Below, piece by piece: positions 1 through 10,485 of a stretch of 64,000 nucleotides of DNA (its first letter is position 1; the number at the start of each line of letters is the position of its first letter). Origin of the DNA: a virus; IMG/VR virus record IMGVR_UViG_3300025168_000071, positions 4,796 to 68,795 of that record; one strand, 5' to 3'. The translations under genes were made by a program, and so were the position numbers. Under the pieces are notes generated by a model. The model ran no database searches and was not told the DNA's origin. It worked only from the letters and a program-made list of their open reading frames with translations.

Positions 1-531
1 GTCGTCTGAACCTGTATAATCTTCATTTAACTTGGTTAGATCCATTTTGAATCCCCAAGCCTCACTTAGGAGACTTTTAATCTCTCCATTCTTCCAATCT
101 TTTATTGACATAGCTTTTTCTACTCCTTTTTGTAGATGTTCAAAATAAATAGTCTGCTTTATGCTGTCTTCCCAATCTCGGAAGCATAAATTTCCAATTT
201 CATACGCCTGCCTTTCCATTTCACGGAGATGCGAGTCGTTTTGGGCATAACCTTCACCCATTTCACCGACATTTTCGAACTGGCCATTACAATTTTGTGT
301 ATGGTGTACTAACTCGTGTGATAATGAGCGCATAACGTCTTTTGGATGCCGACCATTGATATAAAGTGTTACGGCTTTCGCACTTGGATCATAATATGCT
401 GTTTTCCCAAGCGGATTTTGTGCATTTTGTTCATCTCGCCGTACAAAGAGCCTTGGAGGGTTTTGAAAGCCCATTCTTTCTTGCGCAAACGGCATAAACT
501 GCTTAATTAACGGCTTTATGATGTCAATCAT
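1..531 (-). CDS. Zincin-type metalloprotease domain protein (partial, runs off window)
   Basis: Hand translation MIDIIKPLIK...RSLSHELVHHTQ...EMERQAY...; HExxH plus downstream E; open to position 1. Confidence 0.75.
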   Translation of the reverse strand, partial: MIDIIKPLIKQFMPFAQERMGFQNPPRLFVRRDEQNAQNPLGKTAYYDPSAKAVTLYINGRHPKDVMRSLSHELVHHTQNCNGQFENVGEMGEGYAQNDSHLREMERQAYEIGNLCFRDWEDSIKQTIYFEHLQKGVEKAMSIKDWKNGEIKSLLSEAWGFKMDLTKLNEDYTGSDD

Positions 532-865
532 TCAAAAATACCTCTTTTTGCTTCGGAGAATACCAAATATATTCTAAATAGTTCCCAAATGGGTCTTCGA
601 CATAAACTCCTATAGTTCCATCGCGATGATGGATTACCATACCTTCATTGGTCGGCAAATCTTCTTTATTTTCGACTAAAATCGCAAAATGGGCGTTAGC
701 ATAGTGGTTTCTATCGATTAAAGCGATATTGGTGTTTGCAACTTGAATTCTAGTGTATTTTTCATCTCGGAAAGTTACCAGTCCATTTAATTTTTGGCTA
801 TACCACTTTTCTGCGACATCTAAGTCATCCACCAAGATAGCTATGTGGTCAATTTTTGAGTTCAT
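524..865 (-). CDS. VOC/glyoxalase family protein
   Basis: IDHIAILVDDL...AHFAILV...YVEDPFGNYLE motifs. Confidence 0.85.
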   Translation of the reverse strand: MNSKIDHIAILVDDLDVAEKWYSQKLNGLVTFRDEKYTRIQVANTNIALIDRNHYANAHFAILVENKEDLPTNEGMVIHHRDGTIGVYVEDPFGNYLEYIWYSPKQKEVFLND

Positions 866-1127
866 GGTTTAGCTCCTCTTTTTTAGAGGGTGAAACGAGT
901 CTTAAGCTTAAAGTAAAAAACTCTAGTTCGCGGGTTGCGTCATTTATCGGAATTACCCGCGAAATTGATACAAGTCTATTGGATTTAATTTCATTCTTTA
1001 CTTTAATAATTATCCCGTAATGCATATCCCAGCCATTTTTTTCTGAATTCCATCGCGACCACTCCACTATATCCCCTACATCGAGCCGATCCGCAAAGTT
1101 CTCACCAAAGATTGGCTTTTCATTCAT
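849..1127 (-). CDS. SH3/KOW-like small protein
   Basis: LDVGDIVEW...GIII...LRLVS; start moved to MNEK. Confidence 0.6.
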   Translation of the reverse strand: MNEKPIFGENFADRLDVGDIVEWSRWNSEKNGWDMHYGIIIKVKNEIKSNRLVSISRVIPINDATRELEFFTLSLRLVSPSKKEELNHELKN

Positions 1128-1347
1128 TATACGATACCATCCAAGCACAATAGCCTTTAAGTAACAAATCCTTCATCTTTTCATATGCTGACACCTCTTC
1201 GGTAAAAGGTCCATCTGTCATTAAGATGATATTTTCTGTGCTATAATAATACACAAGATAGGCTCGCGCACCTTTCTTCAAGGTATCATTAAAGATATAC
1301 CGGCGCCGCCGGCCCATTGCTCCACGTGTAGCTCTTTTGTTGCTCAT
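1120..1347 (-). CDS. Hypothetical protein
   Basis: ORF; ATG 10 nt downstream of CTATTTA motif. Confidence 0.55.
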   Translation of the reverse strand: MSNKRATRGAMGRRRRYIFNDTLKKGARAYLVYYYSTENIILMTDGPFTEEVSAYEKMKDLLLKGYCAWMVSYNE

Positions 1348-1383
1348 TGTCAAAATTAAATAGCAACAAAACGCATAACATAT

Positions 1384-1533
1384 TTAAAGATACATAGATT
1401 TTTTAACTTGACACATCAATAGGGCCGCTAAAAGACTGACTGTGGTGAATTCAAAACCCCACACTCCGTACGACACCCACGATAATACCATCAGTAATGC
1501 AAATTTCCAAAAGAAGCCAAATTCAAATAACAT
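1384..1533 (-). CDS. Small membrane protein (49 aa)
   Basis: Hand translation MLFEFGFFWKFALLMVLSWVSYGVWGFEFTTVSLLAALLMCQVKKSMYL. Confidence 0.55.
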   Translation of the reverse strand: MLFEFGFFWKFALLMVLSWVSYGVWGFEFTTVSLLAALLMCQVKKSMYL

Positions 1534-1820
1534 CAATCAAACCCTGTATAAATTAATTCTTCCGCCACTACTAGTATAACATCATTAGACGCAGTGTATA
1601 CCAAAATTCTTCCTAAATCATCTTGTTCACCACTTAGGATATAGCATTTAATACCTCGCGCCACTCGTACAACTGATTTTTGAGAAGGGTCATAAAACCA
1701 ATCATACCCTTGTCCCTGTATGGCATATTCGGGAATTAACTCATCATCTTCATCAATAGTACCACTCATCTGGCTAAAGATTCTCTTTAATAATTCTTTG
1801 TTAACATAAGTTGCAGCCAT
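1533..1820 (-). CDS. Hypothetical protein
   Basis: ORF; start MAAT follows a TAATTA motif. Confidence 0.6.
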   Translation of the reverse strand: MAATYVNKELLKRIFSQMSGTIDEDDELIPEYAIQGQGYDWFYDPSQKSVVRVARGIKCYILSGEQDDLGRILVYTASNDVILVVAEELIYTGFD

Positions 1821-1890
1821 ATAATAATTAGACGCTGTACATGTAGGATGCATAGTCAAAATATGCCCCTATTGTGTCAAAAACTTAAAT

Positions 1891-2211
1891 TTAAAAGAAT
1901 TTTGAAAATGCCAATGCTGTGGCCATCAAAAATTGGACGACTGTAAATGTCGTAATCGCCTTTGTTTTGAACTGTTTTAAATCTTCGATTTCTTGTAATG
2001 CTGATTTTAATTGAGGCGGCGATGCCACATCATCCATTTTTTCTTTCCAGACTTTAATATCTTGGACTCTGTCCTCTTTAGCTTTGAGTTCTGTTAGTTG
2101 ACTCTTCATGTCCTGCAGCTCAGTCCGAAGGCCTTCGATGCCATGTGACAAAGTTTCTAACTGTTGCAAAACTAATTTTGAATACGTTTCCCAGCTATTC
2201 GAATCGGCCAT
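1891..2211 (-). CDS. Coiled-coil protein with C-terminal TM helix (possibly lysis-related)
   Basis: Heptad pattern then hydrophobic tail; GGAGG RBS. Confidence 0.55.
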   Translation of the reverse strand: MADSNSWETYSKLVLQQLETLSHGIEGLRTELQDMKSQLTELKAKEDRVQDIKVWKEKMDDVASPPQLKSALQEIEDLKQFKTKAITTFTVVQFLMATALAFSKFF

Positions 2212-2267
2212 ATAATAAATCCTCCGGAGATATTTTAATTAGTCTCCCCCGGGGGAAGAAAATAAGT

Positions 2268-2855
2268 TTAATTTGCGTGATCTATATTTTCGTCGATATC
2301 TTCAGCATACTTAACTCTTCTTGCACGTATTTTGATGTCAGGGAAGACGTCTCTTAGTTCTTCCACTGCCTCTACGTTCTTACCGGAGTCATCAAAGAAT
2401 AACACGTCTGTTGCGCCGGCCCTAATTCTGTCATGAATCCAAGACGATTTGGCATGAGGATCTGAATCACCTAAAAGCTCAAATGTGATCATAGATGTAT
2501 CGAGCCCAATGCTCTCAAGATAATCTCGAATTGAGGCCTCTGCTTCCGGAGCCCGAGCCGTTAAGATAGCTATTTCTCGACCTTCTGTTCCTGCGTTAAG
2601 GGCGTTACGGATAATATTAGTTATCTGCTTAATCTCTCTTGGGTTGATAACTTCATCGAACTCAGAGAAGTCATATTCATAATCTGGATTGATTTTGTGA
2701 GTTGCATATTCGCCGGGAGTCATTTCGATTCTTTGTCCGGTATCAGTTGTAATATATATATTAGAATCGGACTTTGCGATTGTATCATCAAAATCAAAAA
2801 CACGAAGCTTTGATTCATTCAAATACTGACGCCAATTTTCAAGTAGGAGTTTCAT
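2268..2855 (-). CDS. HAD-superfamily phosphatase-like protein with MKLLLENW leader
   Basis: FDFDDT motif I, LTAR, K, FFDD motif IV. Confidence 0.8.
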   Translation of the reverse strand: MKLLLENWRQYLNESKLRVFDFDDTIAKSDSNIYITTDTGQRIEMTPGEYATHKINPDYEYDFSEFDEVINPREIKQITNIIRNALNAGTEGREIAILTARAPEAEASIRDYLESIGLDTSMITFELLGDSDPHAKSSWIHDRIRAGATDVLFFDDSGKNVEAVEELRDVFPDIKIRARRVKYAEDIDENIDHAN

Positions 2856-2856
2856 A

Positions 2857-3918
2857 TTAGCTAAATAGTCCGAGATCAGTGATTACGAAATCCTTTGTCC
2901 CGGGCCGAACCATCACATTTCCAGAGTGAACATCTTTTGGTTGCCACTTTTGATCATCATGGAAATATCTCATCGCATTCATGAGTTGCCGCGCTTCCGG
3001 AAACAGTTTTTCTATGCTCTTTGGTGAGCGGCCAGCTAATGAAACTTCACCATGGCCTTGATGTATAGGAACTATTTGTTTTTCGAGAACTCTTTCAATA
3101 GAACTTATAAGTGACTCTTTAAATACTGCCGGGAGTGAGTCATACCACCCCGGGTCTTGTTTTAAATAGGGTAGCGATTCCTCAACGATTAAATCAACTA
3201 TCACACTCGGAGCAACCCAGTTGATCGCCGGCCCAGCGCCCTCATCGCTATAGCTAATGATTTCTTCATCATTATCAATAATCCTCTTTATAACTTTATT
3301 CGGGACCTCCATAAGGATTTTCTTCATAACATCACGGGATCCTTGACTCAATATGAGGTTCCCATATAGAACGGTTGTAATAACATCATATGCGGCCTCG
3401 GGGTCTTTAAATATTGTGGCATACTTTTCGTGCCTTGACAAGTCGTTGTCTTTATCATTTAATCTGAATAGATCAGTTTTCACTCTTTCTGGGATGTCTT
3501 GGAGGACTTCCATAAAGATATAGTAGTCTTTGTCACCTACAACCACATCATAAACATCAGGTAGATACTTGGCATATTTTTCAGGCATCGAAGCTTTATT
3601 TTCCATCGCAAAACGATAGTTTCTAGCTTCCTGATCAGCACTGGCCGGCCCACCCCATAGGCGCCCGGTCACAACCTTTAGCGCATTACGCTCACCAGTT
3701 TCTCTGTTCTCGACCAAAAACACTTCGCCCATTTGGCCCTTGCCAAGTTTCTTAATATAGTGGAAACCGAGTTTATCAGCGGTCTTCTTGACTCTCGTTA
3801 AGAACTCCTCTTCTTCTTGGCGAGGTCCGCCAGCCATGGTGGCAGTGTCGGTGTTGTTAATACCAAGCGAAATTTCTTCGTTTACAAACTTTCGCCAATT
3901 TTCAAGTAGGAGTTTCAT
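2857..3918 (-). CDS. Ser/Thr protein kinase-like protein with MKLLLENW leader
   Basis: LGKGQMGEVF, ALK, QE, FME, DVHSGNVM, DLG. Confidence 0.8.
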   Translation of the reverse strand: MKLLLENWRKFVNEEISLGINNTDTATMAGGPRQEEEEFLTRVKKTADKLGFHYIKKLGKGQMGEVFLVENRETGERNALKVVTGRLWGGPASADQEARNYRFAMENKASMPEKYAKYLPDVYDVVVGDKDYYIFMEVLQDIPERVKTDLFRLNDKDNDLSRHEKYATIFKDPEAAYDVITTVLYGNLILSQGSRDVMKKILMEVPNKVIKRIIDNDEEIISYSDEGAGPAINWVAPSVIVDLIVEESLPYLKQDPGWYDSLPAVFKESLISSIERVLEKQIVPIHQGHGEVSLAGRSPKSIEKLFPEARQLMNAMRYFHDDQKWQPKDVHSGNVMVRPGTKDFVITDLGLFS

Positions 3919-4805
3919 TTATCACTCCTATGATATCCGCGCTTCTTCTTGCGAAGACCCCACGCGGTTCTACCTTGATATTTAGAGATGTCTACATCTG
4001 AGGATGCCTGCAGAGCCATGAAGATCACCTTTGTCATCTCCATCATCATCTTAACATCAGCTAAAGCATTGTGCCACTCGTCTGTACTAATCTCATAAGC
4101 TTTAGAAACTGGGCCCATCGAAGCAGTCACATAATCACCGAACTTCCCGGTCATTGTAAGCGCTTGTAGAATGGTTTGCGCTCTCTCATCTCCGCTATCG
4201 GCTAATGTTTTGATTAATGAGTTATGCCATAATTTGATTAACATCATTGTATCAAAAATTGGGTATTCTCGCATATTAACCGGTATATTATATAAATCAG
4301 CCCTTTTTTGTATGAAGTTAACATCAAACTCGGCATTTTGTGCGACTAACACTGGATTTGGTTGGCTTTCAAGATATGAAACAAACTGTCTGAGAACGTC
4401 TTCTTCACCGGGCATCCCCTTTGGATACTTCTCTTTATACTCATCGCTTGGCATGCCATAGCGGGTCAACTCTAAAGGGAACTTTGCTTTTGGGTCTTCT
4501 GATGCTTCGAACCCGGCCAAAGTCTCAGAATTCAACTTGATCTTATCATAAAATATTCCTCGTTTGGCTTCAACGTTATTAAACCGCCAATTGTCGGGCA
4601 GCGCTGATATCGCGCCGATTTCTGTTAGCTGATCAGTCGCCGGCTTAAATCCTGTGGTCTCCGTGTCAAAGAAAATCCAAGTATGATCCCCGAAAACCTT
4701 TAGCTTATCGAACAATTGTTCAATTGAAGAATCAAAAAAATCTTCGTCTAAGATATAAGATTCAGTAAGAAGGTATCCTCGCCAATTTTCAAGTAGGAGC
4801 TTCAT
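3915..4805 (-). CDS. DEDDh 3'-5' exonuclease with MKLLLENW leader
   Basis: DTETTG, AQNAEFD, HNALAD. Confidence 0.85.
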   Translation of the reverse strand: MKLLLENWRGYLLTESYILDEDFFDSSIEQLFDKLKVFGDHTWIFFDTETTGFKPATDQLTEIGAISALPDNWRFNNVEAKRGIFYDKIKLNSETLAGFEASEDPKAKFPLELTRYGMPSDEYKEKYPKGMPGEEDVLRQFVSYLESQPNPVLVAQNAEFDVNFIQKRADLYNIPVNMREYPIFDTMMLIKLWHNSLIKTLADSGDERAQTILQALTMTGKFGDYVTASMGPVSKAYEISTDEWHNALADVKMMMEMTKVIFMALQASSDVDISKYQGRTAWGLRKKKRGYHRSDK

Positions 4806-4807
4806 CG

Positions 4808-5425
4808 TTATGAACCTTGTTTAAGTGCTTGCTCAATATCAGCCAGAAGTTGTTTGAATGGTGGATTTATTTTATCATCTTTCGCGCCCATCAAACCTTC
4901 TACAGCCCACTGTGGCTTAAGTGCTTTTAAGCTGTTTAGCCAAGCATTTGTTAAATATGCAAAATAAGTTAACTGATTAGGTAGCTGAGCAGTTCGACCG
5001 GCTACTTGGTAGTCTTGAAGACTCGGAAAACCTTTCGAGGATACCCAAGACCAAATATCTGTTTCTGGAAACGGCTTCTTGTCGTATGCTTTTCCCAATC
5101 TAACACCAATGTCGTGCATAATATGTCCCTCTGGTGGTACTTTTCCTGATTTTTCAAATTTAGCAAGATGCAAGTTGTCTTTATAATACCCATAACCGCC
5201 CGCGGGCAGCCACATGTTTTCGGTACCTAACTGTGGGGTTCCTGTACCAGTGCTCCGATAAAAGGCAGTTGGTCCATGACCCGGCACATCTATTACAACC
5301 ATAAGACGGCCCTGATTGCTGTCGATTTGCGGTGTGCGAACAGCTTGAGGTAACGATTTGAAACTTTGAAGATCAAAATTACCTTCATTCAAGTATCCTC
5401 GCCAATTTTCAATTAGGAGTTTCAT
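4808..5425 (-). CDS. Hypothetical protein with MKLLIENW leader
   Basis: ORF, shared leader. Confidence 0.7.
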   Translation of the reverse strand: MKLLIENWRGYLNEGNFDLQSFKSLPQAVRTPQIDSNQGRLMVVIDVPGHGPTAFYRSTGTGTPQLGTENMWLPAGGYGYYKDNLHLAKFEKSGKVPPEGHIMHDIGVRLGKAYDKKPFPETDIWSWVSSKGFPSLQDYQVAGRTAQLPNQLTYFAYLTNAWLNSLKALKPQWAVEGLMGAKDDKINPPFKQLLADIEQALKQGS

Positions 5426-5437
5426 TTACTTTTTCCT

Positions 5438-6793
5438 TTATGCCGAAGAACTGTGTGACGAGAGAACGAGCCATACATCATTATCAGCAGAAACAGTCCA
5501 TGATTGTCCGAGAGTTCCAGTGAGTGAGCGCACCCCATCAATAGTTTGACTCCCCGAAGCATCAATGACCATAAGATTGCTATTGGCATTTTTAATGGTA
5601 TACACAATGCCATTGACCGTAGTCGCGTCGGGTAAAGAAGCAGTAAGAACTTGTGTTGTATTCATATAAATAATGCTATCAGAAGTTCCTAAAGTATAGT
5701 TTGCCCCTTTCGTACTAAAATTCCTATACCATGAACCGCTGGCAATAAGAGAAGTGTTGGCTTTAATTGTTCCAGCAGCCACAATATCTGCAGAAGAAGA
5801 TAAACTTACAGAAGCTGTTAAGGTACCTCTCCCGCCATCTAACGTCAAATAAGTAGTGTTGGCGCCACCGGGCTTAGCCTGCAGCAACAAATCACCACCT
5901 GTCGCATCTTGAGTTACTATTAAGTTTCCACCAGACCCAAGCTTAAGATATGATTTAGCAGTGCCGTTGGTCGCAAATCTTAAATAAGCATCAGCACCTG
6001 CCCCAGCATCGATTGTTGCTTCCGTCACTCCCGCGCCGTTAACATGTAAGTCATAGAGCGGCGCCACAGTACCAATGCCAAAATTTCCATTTCCCTTTAC
6101 AACAAACGCCGGGTTCGCCATATTGCTTTTAGCTGCGAGAAGAATCCCATCGTCTGAACCACTTACATTAAGGGTGCCAGTAAGGTACTCACCCCCAGCT
6201 GTGATCTTGCCAGAGCCAGATATATTTCCCGCCACAATTAAGGTAGTTCCAACAAAAGTAAGGTTACTTTCGGCGGAAGCCTGAGAACCTCCATCAGAAG
6301 TTATAATTCGATTGCTGCCTGCATTTGAAAGAGTCGTAATAGACGGTGCAGCACCATTCCCTGCTGTTGTGAGTCTCCCCTGCGCATCTACAGTTAAACT
6401 AGAATATGTATATGAACCTGCGCTGACACTGGTAGCGTCCAGCGAGACCGTAACTGTGCGACCGGATTCGGCGGTTGAAATTGGCGCAGTGCCGGCAATT
6501 GTAGCTGTTTGGCCATTGGTGATTGCAGTTGTGCCGGTGTCACCTGCAATGGTCCAGTTAGACATAGTGCCACCAGAACCAGTGATTCCTTGGAGCGCTG
6601 CCCCATCCCCTGAAAATGCAGATGCGGTTAAAGCGACTGCGCTTGTTATTGATGTATTAGTAACTGTGAGCCTAGCCGATCCACTAGTTGCCAAAGTAAT
6701 TGAGTCGGAACCAAAGTCAATCTGGGTATCCGGATCATCTTCGTTCTTAATATCTCCTAAGCCCCGCGGACCTTTTGAAGTGTTATATGCCAT
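5438..6793 (-). CDS. Tail fibre-like virion structural protein
   Basis: G/S/T/A-rich beta repeats; YTYSSLTVDAQGRLT and GNFGIGT..P...LHV motifs typical of fibres. Confidence 0.65.
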   Translation of the reverse strand: MAYNTSKGPRGLGDIKNEDDPDTQIDFGSDSITLATSGSARLTVTNTSITSAVALTASAFSGDGAALQGITGSGGTMSNWTIAGDTGTTAITNGQTATIAGTAPISTAESGRTVTVSLDATSVSAGSYTYSSLTVDAQGRLTTAGNGAAPSITTLSNAGSNRIITSDGGSQASAESNLTFVGTTLIVAGNISGSGKITAGGEYLTGTLNVSGSDDGILLAAKSNMANPAFVVKGNGNFGIGTVAPLYDLHVNGAGVTEATIDAGAGADAYLRFATNGTAKSYLKLGSGGNLIVTQDATGGDLLLQAKPGGANTTYLTLDGGRGTLTASVSLSSSADIVAAGTIKANTSLIASGSWYRNFSTKGANYTLGTSDSIIYMNTTQVLTASLPDATTVNGIVYTIKNANSNLMVIDASGSQTIDGVRSLTGTLGQSWTVSADNDVWLVLSSHSSSA

Positions 6794-6819
6794 TTGTTAA
6801 GTTCTCCTTAGAATAATTA

Positions 6820-7413
6820 TTACGCCACTGATTTACTGCCGCGGCATTTCCACTTTTTACGTGATAATGCGTTAGCGCAAGGTGGGTTCTTACATTTTTT
6901 AATCTTTGCTGACCGCGCGCAATACGCGTCACCTTTTTTTGTACCGGGCCGGATGCGATCACCGCCATCTTTAGCTTTCCCTGCTTGCCCAAATGAACGA
7001 CATTTGCCATCTACACGCTTTGCAGAACGCTTCCCTTTAGAGGGTTTACATGGTTTCTTTTTTTCGTCCAAAACTGCTTCAATTTCTTCATCGATAATAG
7101 TATCAAGATCTTGCTCTTCTTCTATGGGGACACATTTGTCCTTGCCGTCCTCTGTTCCGGCGTACTTGTATCCATCCCAACAGGCTTTTCCGTCGGCGCC
7201 TTGTTCTTTTCCAGCTTTATTCTTCTTTTCTTCAAGCTCTTCTTTTAATTTATCGTCATCGGTCTCGTCAAGCATCTGCTGAATACGTTTAGCCTGACCG
7301 GCATGCATTTCAGAGGCTTTCTCAAGCTCTCCAACAATGGTTTTAAGTTCTTCTTCGTGTTCTTTCGTGTGTGATTCGGCAAATAAGCGCCAATTTTCAA
7401 GTATCAGTTTCAT
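6820..7413 (-). CDS. Putative virion protein with MKLILENW leader and Cys-containing modules
   Basis: CWDGYK...KCVP and YCARS...KWKC modules separated by L-x-E acidic linkers. Confidence 0.65.
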   Translation of the reverse strand: MKLILENWRLFAESHTKEHEEELKTIVGELEKASEMHAGQAKRIQQMLDETDDDKLKEELEEKKNKAGKEQGADGKACWDGYKYAGTEDGKDKCVPIEEEQDLDTIIDEEIEAVLDEKKKPCKPSKGKRSAKRVDGKCRSFGQAGKAKDGGDRIRPGTKKGDAYCARSAKIKKCKNPPCANALSRKKWKCRGSKSVA

Positions 7414-7516
7414 TTGTATTCCTCGGCGTAACCTTCCAGCAACAATTGCTGATTAATATTGTATTCGCCTATAAATAGTGTGCCTATACATCTTCTGTAT
7501 TCGTTGGCCGGCATGA

Positions 7517-10444
7517 TTACTCGTTTTTCCTTGAAATATATATAATTGGAAGCGCTATATTTGTCAGGCACTTCTGTGCTGCCACGAAGCGATTGGCGCC
7601 ACCTACAACTAATTCTTTCACACCTGTCTGATCAATTATCACAGGTTTGTTAATTCCTTCATCACAAAGCTTTTTCCATATATCTTCTTGAACATCACCC
7701 TTATTTGGTCCTGACTCTACTTGTGATACATAACTGTCAATCTCTTCCTTGTGACTTTCCATACTAATGGTATCATTTTTAGTCACTACATCTTTTAGAT
7801 TAATATTATTATCCGCCAGCCACTTGTCTAAATCTGCATCTGCTGTTTCTTCTATCTCATTAAGGCGCCGCAACAGTCTGTCAATTTTTAATGTGCTTAG
7901 TTCTTCTCGGAGGTCTCCCACCGGAGTACCCGTCATATTAACTTTCTTTTGAAATATATCACGAAAAACCTCGCTAGCCACTCGGTCAATCTCGTCTTGG
8001 TCGTCCCAGATATTTACTAATTCTTTGAGAACATTAACCTGTTCGTCAGGGTCCTCCCCATATATTGAGAAATACAAATTAAGTTCTTGGCTTTCGCCTT
8101 CTGTCCCATCCTCACCAAACAAATCCATATCTAGCGGCATTTGTGGGTACATAGCACCACCAGTGGCCTCAAATGCCGGCGCTGCCATCCGCCGGCGAAT
8201 TTCAAGCCAGAAAATGCGATCATTCATAATCTGCATAGCTTGTTCTTCAGATGCTCCTAAATCCTTGTACCAGACCTCTGGGTGGGCAGTAAATTGTACA
8301 AACTCGAACTCGTCAGGCTCATTACTTTCTTCAGCTTCAGATTCCCAGTGATAAAGGCCCATTTCATCATACATCACCTCACGACCTAATACCATCGCGG
8401 CCCCACCAGCCATGTAGCCTTCTCGTTGAAAAAATTTAGTCAACGCTTGTTCAACGGCGCCATCCATGTCGTCAACTTCCTCATCAACTGCAATACAAAA
8501 CTCTTCATAGTTATCCGGCGCATACGCATATTCTTGCCCGTCAAATCCTACTAGTTTTTCTGGGTTGACTGTGATCGGGAGCTTCCACCGATTGGACATT
8601 TTCTCGAATATATATGGGTAGTCGCTATCGGGCCAGTTTATTCCCCATGACCCTTCTAATTCTTGCAAACCATGGCTAATCATCTCTACACCGGGCATTT
8701 TTGTAAAATCATCGGCGTTCCAGTATATATAAAGTTTAGCTTCACAAGTAATATAAACGCCGCCCCCTCCATCGTCAACTGCAGTGCCTGTGACGTCGGT
8801 AGATCTAAATTTGTTATTGTATCTATCCGAAATATTGTCACACTCAGTTTGATATTGTTGGATAAGGCCTCCAAGTAAAAGTTCATTATCTAAATCATCC
8901 TCTGTTTCACTGTTCTGCTGTACGTGCCCTTCCGTTCCCTCGATCTGATTGCCAAATAAATCTACCAGTTGGAAGCTCAAGGGAGTATCATATTGTGTAC
9001 CTCCGAATTGAACAAAATGGCTTAAGTTGAGTATAGAACCATCGCCTACCATGGGCGCCTTTTCCATCTGCTCTTTTTGGTTTTTTCTCAGCCAATCAAT
9101 CATGCGGTCTTGAAAACCGGGAATCTGAGCGCCATATACACGCCTTTCTACGGAGGCTACTTGAGTACCCTCATCCCAGCGCACCGGCGTACGAGTGTCA
9201 TAATAACGAAATTTGCGAACTCTTAACCGGGAAACTGGTGTGAGGTATCCCGAATCTGCGTTTCTTTCATCATCATGAAATATCTCGCCTTTTTGAATTT
9301 CTTGCTCTGCACTGTCTATATTACTTGTATTGGTGTCATGAAGTAAATCTTCTGTCTTCACCACGTATGCGAGGGCTCCATGTCCATGAGCCTCCGCAAC
9401 GGCACACTTATAATATTCTCCTCCTCCTCCTCTAGAAGGGGGAGAATGACAAGAACTAATATGTTCAAAGTCTGACATGCGCCAAACATCAATAGGGTCT
9501 CGTGTAATAATAATTGAATATTGATCAGATTCCACTGAATCAATGTTCTCTTTAATATATTTCGCGTTCTTGAGCCAGTATTTTCCCCAATCTACAAAAC
9601 GCGTTTCTGGGACTATAATCGGTTGTCGGGTTCTTGGTTTTTTATTGTGTTCTATGTCGGCTTTATCTTGTTGTTCTCGGCGCGCGCGCTCTTGCTCTTT
9701 CCACGCATATTTCTCTTTATCACTCAAAAAGTAATTACGAAATTCGCCTAGAAGAGAACGGCCGGTGAGAAGAGACAGCTGGTTTTGAAGTTGCTCATAT
9801 CTTTGGTTCTCCTTTTCGGTAAGATGTTCTTCCATCTCACCAATAGTCACCCGTGCAGTTCGCATGTCAATATTCGCTAAGCGAGCTGCGCTGAGTGGAT
9901 TCGCATGTCCTGCGTGGACCTTTTTGGCCACTTCGACTTTTAAATCTGAAAGTTGGTTTATTAAGTCATCAACTTTGGTCAAATATTTGCCGATTTTCAT
10001 TTGAAGTTTCTTTTTTATTTTTTTTGAGGTCCCGAACCCAACGCGCCCGGGAGGTCCCATAAACTGTGCTATCCGCTCGGTTGCCCCTATGTGGTCCTCC
10101 CACTCTCTTTCGACCGATATCATACCTTTATTCCAATCAGCCTCTAAACCAAAATCATTTTGTAATAAATTGACAAATTTACCAAGTTCAGAATTCTGAT
10201 CGAGAGAAGGAAAATCAATAACAATGCGCGACCTATCGCCAAAAATCTCTTGAAAAGCTAAATCATCGTACGATAGCTCATCTATAGCTTTCTCGATGTG
10301 GTCGAATTCATCATAGGTCACTTCTCGAAGAAGGTTTTGTTTGTTTTCGAGTTTTATTCGAATTCTTGTGTCTTTGAAAGGGACATTTTCTGCCCGTGAG
10401 TTTTCATTTAAGAAATTTCGCCAAGAATTATTCATTTTTTTCAT
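7517..10444 (-). CDS. Large putative virion protein, paralog of 40797..44678
   Basis: WRNFLNE leader; DVWRMSD..ISSCHS..EYYKCAVAE block shared with 40797..44678. Confidence 0.7.
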   Translation of the reverse strand: MKKMNNSWRNFLNENSRAENVPFKDTRIRIKLENKQNLLREVTYDEFDHIEKAIDELSYDDLAFQEIFGDRSRIVIDFPSLDQNSELGKFVNLLQNDFGLEADWNKGMISVEREWEDHIGATERIAQFMGPPGRVGFGTSKKIKKKLQMKIGKYLTKVDDLINQLSDLKVEVAKKVHAGHANPLSAARLANIDMRTARVTIGEMEEHLTEKENQRYEQLQNQLSLLTGRSLLGEFRNYFLSDKEKYAWKEQERARREQQDKADIEHNKKPRTRQPIIVPETRFVDWGKYWLKNAKYIKENIDSVESDQYSIIITRDPIDVWRMSDFEHISSCHSPPSRGGGGEYYKCAVAEAHGHGALAYVVKTEDLLHDTNTSNIDSAEQEIQKGEIFHDDERNADSGYLTPVSRLRVRKFRYYDTRTPVRWDEGTQVASVERRVYGAQIPGFQDRMIDWLRKNQKEQMEKAPMVGDGSILNLSHFVQFGGTQYDTPLSFQLVDLFGNQIEGTEGHVQQNSETEDDLDNELLLGGLIQQYQTECDNISDRYNNKFRSTDVTGTAVDDGGGGVYITCEAKLYIYWNADDFTKMPGVEMISHGLQELEGSWGINWPDSDYPYIFEKMSNRWKLPITVNPEKLVGFDGQEYAYAPDNYEEFCIAVDEEVDDMDGAVEQALTKFFQREGYMAGGAAMVLGREVMYDEMGLYHWESEAEESNEPDEFEFVQFTAHPEVWYKDLGASEEQAMQIMNDRIFWLEIRRRMAAPAFEATGGAMYPQMPLDMDLFGEDGTEGESQELNLYFSIYGEDPDEQVNVLKELVNIWDDQDEIDRVASEVFRDIFQKKVNMTGTPVGDLREELSTLKIDRLLRRLNEIEETADADLDKWLADNNINLKDVVTKNDTISMESHKEEIDSYVSQVESGPNKGDVQEDIWKKLCDEGINKPVIIDQTGVKELVVGGANRFVAAQKCLTNIALPIIYISRKNE

Positions 10445-10485
10445 AGTTTATCCATCCACAAGTGTGATCCAATCACAAAAAGCAC

